Positions 1-10,528 of a stretch of 64,000 nucleotides of DNA are shown here, piece after piece; position 1 is the stretch's first letter; every line of letters starts with the position of its first letter. The notes under the pieces were generated by a model. It ran no database searches and was not told the DNA's origin. It saw nothing but the letters and a program-made list of their open reading frames with translations. Source of the stretch: a bacterium (GTDB taxonomy: Bacteria > UBA8248); contig CBDBEV010000001.1 of NCBI GenBank assembly GCA_965204535.1, positions 1,088,001 through 1,152,000 on the forward strand, read 5' to 3'. The position numbers and the translations under genes are program-made.

Positions 1-2413
<2,413 letters not shown>

Positions 2414-2497
2414 GATTCGAGATTTCATTCATCGGTTCTCGGTCGAGAGCAAGATGTCGCCAATTGCGTGATTTGATTGTCGGAAATTTTCCAGTAT

Positions 2498-2613
2498 TTC
2501 CGGTGGCTATAGCGGCGGGGCCACACCCGTTCCCATCCCGAACACGGCAGTTAAGCCCGCCAGCGCCTATGGTACTGCGGTCCTTTCCGTGGGAGAGTGG
2601 GTCGTCGCCGGAA
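2498..2613 (+). rRNA. rrf: 5S ribosomal RNA
   Basis: CACACCCGTTCCCATCCCGAACACGGCAGTTAAG...GTGGGAGAGTGGGTCGTCGCCGGA; terminal helix TCCGG/CCGGA; follows the 23S. Confidence 0.97.
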
Positions 2614-2621
2614 TATGAATC

Positions 2622-2658
2622 AAAACCCCGCCGGTCTATACAGCCGGCGGGGTTTTTT
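2622..2658 (+). terminator. rho-independent terminator of the rRNA operon
   Basis: AAAACCCCGCCGG-loop-CCGGCGGGGTTTTTT. Confidence 0.9.
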
Positions 2659-2697
2659 CGTCTTCTCTCGTGGACTCGCCTTGGATTTGAGTATTTC

Positions 2698-2723
2698 GTA
2701 GAGGCGGACCGATGTGTCCGCCC
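2698..2723 (+). repeat. GTAG-type REP hairpin (left member of an inverted pair around mrr)
   Basis: GTAGAGGCGGACCGATGTGTCCGCCC; near-identical reverse complement at 3843-3868, similar copy at 37908-37933. Confidence 0.75.
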
Positions 2724-2797
2724 GATTCTCTTGCATATCCATTCCTCTCTCAAGTGTCGAGATTGACCTCCTCTAGTTGGTCTGAAATGATTTCGCC

Positions 2798-2825
2798 CGT
2801 CATTCCGGCGAATGCCGGAATCCAG
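2798..2825 (+). repeat. CGTC-type REP hairpin
   Basis: CGTCATTCCGGCGAATGCCGGAATCCAG; related copies at 47770-47797 and 60863-60889. Confidence 0.75.
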
Positions 2826-2908
2826 GCTGAGGAGATCGGCATTCACCGCACTCCAGTTCGCAATGCCGGAATAGCACATAAGCGAATCGACTGTAGAAAG
2901 GATTACGC

Positions 2909-3787
2909 ATGACGAAACCATGGGCTATCAAATCTGACGACTTGCTTTGGCCTACCCTGAAGGCTTTGGAAGCGAAAGGAGGTTCCGCTTCTATTCAGGA
3001 ACTCTCGGAACAGATTGCGTCCGACATGAAATTGTCCGATGAAATTTTGGATGTTCCACACAAAGAAGATGGTACTCAATCCGAATTTGAATTTCGCTCT
3101 GCATGGGCGCGTACAGCTCTCAAGAAGATCGGCGCGGTTGAAAATCCGTCGAAGGGCGTTTGGACGATCACAAAGCAAGGCCGACAAATTCAGGGTGAAA
3201 ATGAAGTGCGCAATCTCAACCGGGAGTGGTGGAAGGCTTACCAAGCGCAGAAGGCGAAGGATTTTGTCGCGCCGCCGGATTCGGAGCCTGCGGATGAAAA
3301 CGACGCCGAAAATGTTGACCTGGATGAATCGGCATGGCGAGAAAAGCTACTCAACATCATTCGTTCTATTGAACCCGATGCTTTTGAACGACTTTGCCAG
3401 CGCGTGCTTCGTGAGTCGGGTTTCATAAAAGTTGATATCACGGGAAAATCCGGCGATGGCGGCATTGATGGCGTGGGCGTCTTGCGCGTCAATCTTATTT
3501 CGTTTCATGTTCGATTCCAATGTAAGAGATACACCGGGACAGTTGGCGCGAGTGCGATTCGAGATTTCAGGGGTGCTATGGTTGGCCGCGCGGATAAAGG
3601 GTTGTTTATGACCACCGGAAGATTCACTAAAGAAGCGGAACGAGAAGCAGTGAGAGACGGCGCCCCGGCCATTGACCTTATCGATGGCCTTGAACTTTGT
3701 GAGTTGTTGAAGAAATTAGAACTCGGTGTGAAGACGGAATCCATCGAGGTAATCACGCCGAATGAGGAGTTTTTCTCCGCTCTTTAG
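2909..3787 (+). CDS. mrr: Mrr-family (type IV) restriction endonuclease
   Basis: N-terminal Mrr_N winged helix (FEFRSAWARTALKKIG..KGVWTIT); catalytic FERLCQRVL..GDGGIDG..FQCKRY..IRDFRGA..LIDG. Confidence 0.9.
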   Translation: MTKPWAIKSDDLLWPTLKALEAKGGSASIQELSEQIASDMKLSDEILDVPHKEDGTQSEFEFRSAWARTALKKIGAVENPSKGVWTITKQGRQIQGENEVRNLNREWWKAYQAQKAKDFVAPPDSEPADENDAENVDLDESAWREKLLNIIRSIEPDAFERLCQRVLRESGFIKVDITGKSGDGGIDGVGVLRVNLISFHVRFQCKRYTGTVGASAIRDFRGAMVGRADKGLFMTTGRFTKEAEREAVRDGAPAIDLIDGLELCELLKKLELGVKTESIEVITPNEEFFSAL

Positions 3788-3842
3788 ACTTCTAAGGTTG
3801 CTTTAATCTTCACAACTTATTGCGGGCGGTTCGCAAACGATT

Positions 3843-3868
3843 GGGCGGACACTTAGGTCCGCCCCTAC
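3843..3868 (-). repeat. GTAG-type REP hairpin (right member of the inverted pair)
   Basis: GGGCGGACACTTAGGTCCGCCCCTAC. Confidence 0.75.
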
Positions 3869-4025
3869 GCCTTGTTTCTTTTCGCCCTGTTACGACAACC
3901 TACCTTCTCCGGCCGTAAATGCTTCCCGATAAAGCCGCTGTTTTATTCTCCGCTTTGGTGTATACTCCTTTCCATACTCGTTGAAAATTTTAAGCCGCAA
4001 TCTTGCTAACCGATGGAAGACAGCC

Positions 4026-5006
4026 ATGGCGCAAGAGGCTCACGCATCGAGCGAAGGCGCCGCCGCCGCAGGCGGGCGCGCGGCGTATGGTGTTCTGGTT
4101 CGCTTCGGGCCGGTCATCGGTCTGGCGTTCTTGTGTCTCGTCCTCTCCGTAACGTCGGAAGCCTTCCTGAACCCGGCGAATCTCATCAACGTCGCGCGCC
4201 AGGTCTCCATCAACGCCATCATCGCCGCCGGCATGACGTTCGTCATGATCTCGGGCGGGTTCGACCTCTCGGTCGGCTCCGTCATGGCGCTCTCGGGCGT
4301 GGTGGGCATCATGGCGATGAACGCCTTCGGCGACGCGGCGGGCATCCTCATCATGCTGGCCGTCGCCCTCTCCTGCGGGCTATGGAACGGCCTCCTCGTC
4401 GCCTTCGCGCGCATCAACGCCTTCGTGGCCACACTCGCCGGGATGACCATCTACCACGGCATCGCCCTCGTGGTGACGGATTCTTTCCCTGTTACGCGCT
4501 TCGGCGGCTGGTACCGCAATTTCGGCCAGGGCCATCTTTTCGGGCTGCCGATACCCATCTACGTTCTCATCATCGTCTACGTTGTCGCCCACATCGTGCT
4601 GACGCGCACGGCCTTCGGCACCTCGGTCTACGCCGTGGGCGGAAACGAGGAGGCCGCCCGCCTTTCGGGCATCAACGTGGAGCGCATCCGCACCTCGGTC
4701 TTCACCATCTGCGGCTTCGGGGTGGGCATCGCCTCGCTGCTCATCATCGGGCGCCTGCAGTCCGCGCAGGCGAACATGGGCATCCAGGCGGAACTCGACG
4801 CCATCGCCGCCGTCGTCATCGGCGGCACGAGCCTGGCCGGGGGGGAGGGCCGCGTGTTCGGCACCCTTGCGGGCGCCTTCACCATCGGCGTCCTGAACAA
4901 CGGCCTGAACCTCCACGACATCAGCGCGCACTGGCAGCTCGTCGCCAAGGGCGTCGTCATCGCGCTCGCCGTCATCATCGACCGCCAACTCGTGCACAGG
5001 CAGTGA
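4026..5006 (+). CDS. sugar ABC transporter permease (RbsC-like)
   Basis: GGFDLSVGS, YAVGGNEEAARLSGI (EAA motif), ELDAIAAVVIGGTSLAGGEG; start chosen at ATG 4026. Confidence 0.92.
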   Translation: MAQEAHASSEGAAAAGGRAAYGVLVRFGPVIGLAFLCLVLSVTSEAFLNPANLINVARQVSINAIIAAGMTFVMISGGFDLSVGSVMALSGVVGIMAMNAFGDAAGILIMLAVALSCGLWNGLLVAFARINAFVATLAGMTIYHGIALVVTDSFPVTRFGGWYRNFGQGHLFGLPIPIYVLIIVYVVAHIVLTRTAFGTSVYAVGGNEEAARLSGINVERIRTSVFTICGFGVGIASLLIIGRLQSAQANMGIQAELDAIAAVVIGGTSLAGGEGRVFGTLAGAFTIGVLNNGLNLHDISAHWQLVAKGVVIALAVIIDRQLVHRQ

Positions 5007-5010
5007 GCAG

Positions 5011-6516
5011 ATGCCGGCGCTGTTGACGATGGAGGGCATATCCAAGGCCTTTCCGGGCGTCCAGGCCCTCTCCAAGGTCGATTTCGAGGTCATGCCCGGC
5101 GAGGCGCACGCCCTCATCGGAGAAAACGGAGCGGGCAAGTCCACGCTCATCAAGATTCTCGCGGGCGTCCACCGGCGCGACGCAGGCGAGATACGCTTCG
5201 AAGGGAACGACTACCGGGTCGCCAATCCCCATGAGGCGCTGGCGATGGGCGTGGCCGTCATCTACCAGGAGTTGAACCTTGTCCAGAAGCTCACGGTGGC
5301 GCAGAACATCTTCCTGGGCCACGAACCCCTGCGCCGGGCGGGCTTTGTCGCGACCCGCGAGATGAACGCGCGCGCCGGGGAAATCCTGAAAGAACTCGGG
5401 ATATCCATCGACCCGCGCACCCCGGTCGAAGCGCTCGGCGTCGCGCAGAAGCAGATGGTCGAAATCGCAAAGGCGCTCTCGCGCGCCTCGCGCATCCTGG
5501 TGATGGACGAACCCACCGCTCCGCTGACCCAGAGCGAAATCGAGGTGCTCTTCCGCGTCATCGCGGGCCTGAAAGAACAGGGGCTGGGGGTCATCTACAT
5601 CTCGCATCGGCTCGACGAGGTCTTCCAGATTGCCGACCGCGTCACCGTGCTGCGTGACGGCGAGCGGGTGCATTCGAGCGAGGTGTCCGAGACGCAGATA
5701 GACCGGCTCGTCCTCGCCATGGTGGGCCGCCGCCTCGCCGGGGAAGAACCCCCGCTCGAAGTTCCGGCGGATGCGCCCGTGGCGCTCGAGGCGGAGGGGT
5801 TGTCCGACGGCCGTGTGGTTCGCGACATCTCCTTGCAGGTTCGGGCGGGCGAGGTGGTCGGTCTCGCGGGCCTCATCGGCTCCGGCCGCAGCGAGTTCGC
5901 GCACCTGCTCTTCGGCTCGGAAGCCGCGGCGGGCGGCGAGGCGCGCCTCATGGGCGAGAAGCTGAGCGGAGGCGTCCCCCAGCGGATCGATGCGGGCCTC
6001 GGCATGGTGCCCGAGGACCGCAAGCTCCAGGGACTCGTAATGCAATTACTCGTCAAGGAGAACAGCACGCTCGCCACGCTCGATAAATACACGAGCGGCG
6101 GTTTCATCCGCCGGCCCGCGCATGAGTCCCGCGTGCGGGAGATCATCAAGGAATTGCGCATCGCCACGCGCGGCCCCCGCCAGTCCGTCAAGGCGCTGAG
6201 CGGGGGCAACCAGCAGAAGGTCATCCTCTCGCGCTGGATGGATACGGGCGCCCGCGCGCTCATCTTCGACGAACCCACGCGCGGGGTGGACGTGGGCGCC
6301 AAGGCGGAGATCTACGCCCTCATCCGGGAGTTGCAAAAGCGCGGCGTCGCCATCTTGATGATCAGCTCAGACCTGCCCGAGGTGCTCCGGATCAGCAACC
6401 GGGTCATCGTCATCAGGAACGGACGCGTCGCAGGAGTTCTCACCCGCGAGGAGGCCACACAGGAGAAAGTTTTGCGGCTCATGATGGGAGCCGTCGTATC
6501 GGACAACGGAACCTAA
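5011..6516 (+). CDS. sugar ABC transporter ATP-binding protein (RbsA-like, two NBDs)
   Basis: GENGAGKST, MDEPT, LSGGNQQK, FDEPTRGVDVGAK; 501 aa. Confidence 0.95.
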   Translation: MPALLTMEGISKAFPGVQALSKVDFEVMPGEAHALIGENGAGKSTLIKILAGVHRRDAGEIRFEGNDYRVANPHEALAMGVAVIYQELNLVQKLTVAQNIFLGHEPLRRAGFVATREMNARAGEILKELGISIDPRTPVEALGVAQKQMVEIAKALSRASRILVMDEPTAPLTQSEIEVLFRVIAGLKEQGLGVIYISHRLDEVFQIADRVTVLRDGERVHSSEVSETQIDRLVLAMVGRRLAGEEPPLEVPADAPVALEAEGLSDGRVVRDISLQVRAGEVVGLAGLIGSGRSEFAHLLFGSEAAAGGEARLMGEKLSGGVPQRIDAGLGMVPEDRKLQGLVMQLLVKENSTLATLDKYTSGGFIRRPAHESRVREIIKELRIATRGPRQSVKALSGGNQQKVILSRWMDTGARALIFDEPTRGVDVGAKAEIYALIRELQKRGVAILMISSDLPEVLRISNRVIVIRNGRVAGVLTREEATQEKVLRLMMGAVVSDNGT

Positions 6517-6548
6517 GCGAGAAACCCTAACCAAAGGAGGAGAAAGCC

Positions 6549-7454
6549 ATGAAAAGAATACTCGGTATTCTAGCTCTCGCGGTCGCGCTGGCCGTCGCGG
6601 GGGCGCCGCCGGCCCAGGCGGCGATGAAGAAGCTCCGCTTCGGGGCGTCCTTCTCGGGCCTTCACCACCCCGCCTACGCCACCGTGGCCAAGCACATGCG
6701 CTCCGAGGCGAAAAAACACGGCGTCGACATCATCATCACCGACAGCCAGGACAAGCTCGCCAAGCAGATCAACGACCTCGAGGACATGATCACCAAGGGC
6801 GTGGACGTGCTCTTCGTGAACACGGTCTCGAAGGGAACCGAGCCCACCCTCAGAAAGGCGGCGGCCAAGGGCATCAAGGTCGTCGCCGTCCAGCGCTGGA
6901 ACAGCGACCCCGCCGTGGTGCACTTCGTCGGCACCGACAACAGGGAGATGGGCCGCATCGGCGCCGAGTGGGTCGTCAAGCGCATGAAGGGCAAGGGCAA
7001 CCTTGTCGTCATGTCGGGCATCCCCGGCGCCGCCTCCTCGGACGACCGCAAGACGGGCTCCGACGCCGTGTGGGCGAAGAACAAGGGCATCAAGGTCGTC
7101 GCCCACCAGACGGGCATGTACAACCGCGTCAAGGCGCTCGAGGTGATGGAGAACATCCTCCAGAAGAACAAGAAGATCGACTGGGTGTTCTGCTACAACG
7201 ACTCGATGGCGATGGGCGTCTTGGGCGCCATTCGCGCCTCGGGCCGCAAGGGCATCAACGTCTTCGGCATGGACGCCATCAAGGACGCGGTGCAGGCCAT
7301 CAAGCGCGGCGAGATGACGGCCACCCTCGCCATTCCCTTCGACGAGGAGGGCCGCGTATCCGTGCGCAACGGCATCAAGCTCGCCAAGGGGGAGAAGCTG
7401 CCCAAGTCCCACGTTATCCAGGCCTTCGTGATGACGAAGGACAACGCGCCCTAA
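6549..7454 (+). CDS. sugar ABC transporter periplasmic binding protein (RbsB-like)
   Basis: Signal peptide (AQA), RBS AAGGAGG, VGTDN, CYNDSMAMG motifs. Confidence 0.92.
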   Translation: MKRILGILALAVALAVAGAPPAQAAMKKLRFGASFSGLHHPAYATVAKHMRSEAKKHGVDIIITDSQDKLAKQINDLEDMITKGVDVLFVNTVSKGTEPTLRKAAAKGIKVVAVQRWNSDPAVVHFVGTDNREMGRIGAEWVVKRMKGKGNLVVMSGIPGAASSDDRKTGSDAVWAKNKGIKVVAHQTGMYNRVKALEVMENILQKNKKIDWVFCYNDSMAMGVLGAIRASGRKGINVFGMDAIKDAVQAIKRGEMTATLAIPFDEEGRVSVRNGIKLAKGEKLPKSHVIQAFVMTKDNAP

Positions 7455-7484
7455 ATCTGCGTTTCGCGGAAGCATGATTCGCTA

Positions 7485-7526
7485 GAAAAGCCGGCGGCCG
7501 GCCTCTTCAGCGGCCGCCGGTTTTTT
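7485..7526 (+). terminator. rho-independent terminator
   Basis: GCCGGCGGCC-loop-GGCCGCCGG followed by TTTTTT. Confidence 0.8.
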
Positions 7527-7575
7527 CGTGTCGATGAGACTCGAACCCATAAATAAAAAAGGATTGTGTGAGAAC

Positions 7576-7603
7576 GTAGGGACAGGTCGCGACCTGTCCC
7601 TAC
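7576..7603. repeat. GTAG-type REP palindrome
   Basis: GTAGGGACAGGTCGCGACCTGTCCCTAC; identical at 24854-24881, truncated at 60816-60840. Confidence 0.85.
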
Positions 7604-7892
7604 AGGATTTCCCCCGTTCGGGAGAGTTCCGATTGTAAGCAGGGGCGGCTATGCGCCTCCGCCCTGTTCCGCAAGTGCGGTATTGTCCGCCCCGCAGTCC
7701 GCGAGCCGCTCCCACCATGCGACGCCAAAACGAATGATTTTTCAGGTAGCATCCTCACGCAAAGAGGATTATCTTATAGAGAAGGGCGCGCGCCGGGTGG
7801 AGGGCGTAACGCTTGGCATCAAGGGTTTTTCCCCGGGGTTCGGAGGCGCGCGACTTTCGGCGAGTCAGGAGAACCCTCTCTTTTCGCGGAGA

Positions 7893-8333
7893 ATGAAAAT
7901 GTTCCCCATTCCCTGGGAGGCGCGCAGCGACGCGGGCGTTTTCCTGTTCAATCAGGGGGAATACTGGTGCGCGCATGAGGCGTGGGAGGGCATCTGGATG
8001 CACGCCGAGCCCGTGCCCAAGAAGTTCTACCAGGGGCTCATCCAGATCGCCGCGGGCTACGTGAAGCTCCAGCAGCGCCACCACAAGGGCGCGCTCGCGA
8101 ATCTCAAGAAGGGCCTCGAGCGCTTCCGCGAGGTGGATGAGGCCGTGGGCGACCTCGACGTGCCGATTCTCTACAAGAAACTCGTGAACCAATCGCGCGG
8201 GGTGCGCGTGAGCCTGCTCGATCAGGGTGAAGGGCGCGTGCTCGCCCGCGCGTGGGATTTATGGCCGAAGATTGAATACGCCGCCGACGCGAAGAAGAAA
8301 AAGGTTTCCCACTCGCCGCCGGCCAAAGGATGA
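7893..8333 (+). CDS. DUF309 domain protein
   Basis: LFNQGEYWCAHEAWEGIW..FYQGLIQIAAG signature; start at ATG 7893 after GGAG. Confidence 0.85.
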   Translation: MKMFPIPWEARSDAGVFLFNQGEYWCAHEAWEGIWMHAEPVPKKFYQGLIQIAAGYVKLQQRHHKGALANLKKGLERFREVDEAVGDLDVPILYKKLVNQSRGVRVSLLDQGEGRVLARAWDLWPKIEYAADAKKKKVSHSPPAKG

Positions 8334-8338
8334 GAGAG

Positions 8339-8890
8339 ATGAAACGTCTTGCCTTTTGCCTCACTATTCTGGTTTTTCTGAGCGGTTGCGGGGGTTTCGA
8401 GCTCACCGATTCTCCGTATCAGCGGATCACCCGCACCCAGCCGAAGGAGAGTTATCTCGTGGCCGTTCAGGCCAGGCTGGTTCCCACCGATTCGCACGTC
8501 GTCTCCCCCTCCACCCCCGAGGAGGCCGAAGTTCGAAGGGCCGCCTGCAAGGGGTTGTCGTTTACCCCCCGGTTCCGCTGCGCGCGGATGAGCGAGGCCG
8601 GGGAGCCTTTGGAGAATCCCGACTACGTCGTTCGGATAGAATACGACGTGATCGACGAGCGCTCTTTTCTGTCGCGCCGGTTCACCAGATTCGTGCTCGT
8701 GAGCGGCGGCGACAGGGAGCCGGACGAGGGAGACGACGTGGGCGATGCGGATCATCTCGTGCGCTGGGGCTTTCGGGTCATCAGGCCCGGAGAGGCGAAA
8801 CCCGTATTCCAGAGCATTTTCCGCGATGAGGGCGTCGATACCTGGAACTTCGACGTCGAACAGTGGATGGAGCGCTATTTTTCGGAGTGA
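8339..8890 (+). CDS. hypothetical lipoprotein
   Basis: MKRLAFCLTILVFLSG|C lipobox; directly follows the DUF309 gene. Confidence 0.7.
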   Translation: MKRLAFCLTILVFLSGCGGFELTDSPYQRITRTQPKESYLVAVQARLVPTDSHVVSPSTPEEAEVRRAACKGLSFTPRFRCARMSEAGEPLENPDYVVRIEYDVIDERSFLSRRFTRFVLVSGGDREPDEGDDVGDADHLVRWGFRVIRPGEAKPVFQSIFRDEGVDTWNFDVEQWMERYFSE

Positions 8891-9260
8891 ATTCGCGTCA
8901 ATCGGCACGCCGCATGATTAAATAAAAGAGTTCTCAATATGAAATGACCTATCGGTATCAACCGCGGCGTGGGTTATCGAATTCGGAAACCGTCTTGAGC
9001 CAATGAAGGCGTCTTTTCATAAATTTCTGAAAATTAAATTTCCTGGAAATGACGCCGCGGAATCCGGGCGCAGGGGAATTCTGCCACGAATCGCTGCACC
9101 TGCCATGACGGTATATGTGCGGACTTGTGGGCAACTGCGGAGGTGAAGGGCGGAAATTTCGTGAATCGGCGGTTTTATCGTAGAATCGTGGGCGGTTCGC
9201 GCGCTGCCGGGGGCTTCGAGAAAAACATCACAAGTCTTTTATTATCAGCAGGTTATAAAT

Positions 9261-10508
9261 TCACTCGATGACGACGTGCTCGCGGATGGGTTCGCCCAGG
9301 TGCGTCATGCCCGTCTCGGTGACGAGGACGGTATATTCCGCGTGCACGCCGCCCTCCCCGAATTTCCCCGAGGGCAATTCCACCGAGAGCACCGCGCCCG
9401 AAGGCAGGGAAATGTCTGAATTTTCAGGCAAAAACGGATCGTCGAGCTTCACGGGTTCGCTCAGCGTATAGGGCAGCTCGCGCGCCTCGATCCCTATCGT
9501 GTGCCCGCAGAAAGCGCCGTTATAGCGCGGCAGGCCCGATTTTTTCGCCGCCGCCACCGCCGCGCGAAAAATCTCGGAGGGCTTCACCCCCGCCCTGATC
9601 ACGCCGAAGGCGGCCTCTAATCCCGCCTGGATGGCGTTCCACTGCGCCTTGCGCTCCGCGCTCGGCTCGCCGAACGAACCGCAACAGCCCACGTCCGCGC
9701 AGTAATGGTTCAGCCGCATCCCGGCATCGAAGAAAAAGCCGTCCCCCGCCTCGAATTTTCTATCAGAGGGCGGAAAAATCGAGGCCGAACGCCTACCGCC
9801 GGCTAAATGGAACCAGCTCCATTTACCGCCTCCTGCGGCCACTGTACGGTAATAATGGCTTGCTACTTCGCGCTCGGTTCGTCCTGCGGCCATCTCCTTG
9901 TGGAAGGCGACGACGGCCTGTTCGTTCAAGACCGCTGCGGCGCGCATGCGCTCAATCTCTTCATCAGTCTTTTGGAGGCGAATCAAACGAAACAGGTTCG
10001 AGGCATCCAGGAAAGACATCTCCGGTAATGCCGCCTCGAGAGCGCCGCGCGTGCCTGGGCGGATTCCCTCGTTATCGAGGGCTACTTTTCCGCTCGATAA
10101 TCCCCGCTCCCGCAAAAGCCTGAGCAGGGCATTGGTAATATTCGCTTCGCGCGGAGCGTCTTCGGCGATGAGGGAAATATAATTCCTCTCCTCTTCGGTC
10201 GCTCCCGTCTCGCCGGGCGCCATATCGAGCGCCGAGCGGGGACCATAGCCCCTCACGTCTTTGATCCACGAACCCGTCGCCGCGTAGTACGTCTCATCCT
10301 GCCGGGAGAGTATTAACGCGGGCGGTGAGGCCTGATCCCGAAAAAACAGCGCGAAAGTTTCCGTCGTGGCATCGCCGTAGGTGTATTGCGCCCAGCCCTG
10401 AAAACCCGAGAGATACAAGACGTTATGCCGTGTCGTCGCTATCAGCGCGTCCAGATCGAACCTTTCCATGAACTCGAGCGCGTGTTCTTTATGAAAAAGC
10501 ATGAACAT
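9261..10508 (-). CDS. M24-family (Xaa-Pro peptidase/creatinase-like) hydrolase
   Basis: Creatinase_N-like N-terminus (NVLYLSGF), IRLQKTDEEIERMR, metal ligands FDAG..YCAD, GHTIG, VELP, HAEYT. Confidence 0.88.
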   Translation of the reverse strand: MFMLFHKEHALEFMERFDLDALIATTRHNVLYLSGFQGWAQYTYGDATTETFALFFRDQASPPALILSRQDETYYAATGSWIKDVRGYGPRSALDMAPGETGATEEERNYISLIAEDAPREANITNALLRLLRERGLSSGKVALDNEGIRPGTRGALEAALPEMSFLDASNLFRLIRLQKTDEEIERMRAAAVLNEQAVVAFHKEMAAGRTEREVASHYYRTVAAGGGKWSWFHLAGGRRSASIFPPSDRKFEAGDGFFFDAGMRLNHYCADVGCCGSFGEPSAERKAQWNAIQAGLEAAFGVIRAGVKPSEIFRAAVAAAKKSGLPRYNGAFCGHTIGIEARELPYTLSEPVKLDDPFLPENSDISLPSGAVLSVELPSGKFGEGGVHAEYTVLVTETGMTHLGEPIREHVVIE

Positions 10509-10528
10509 CCTCTAAAAGGAATACTGAA

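Noticed and set aside
4013-7477. Long alternative-frame and antisense ORFs over the ABC operon (likewise over hcm, NHLP, IS and ftsH genes)
   Set aside because: Shadow ORFs expected in high-GC coding DNA; Arg/Ala/Gly-rich with no motifs.
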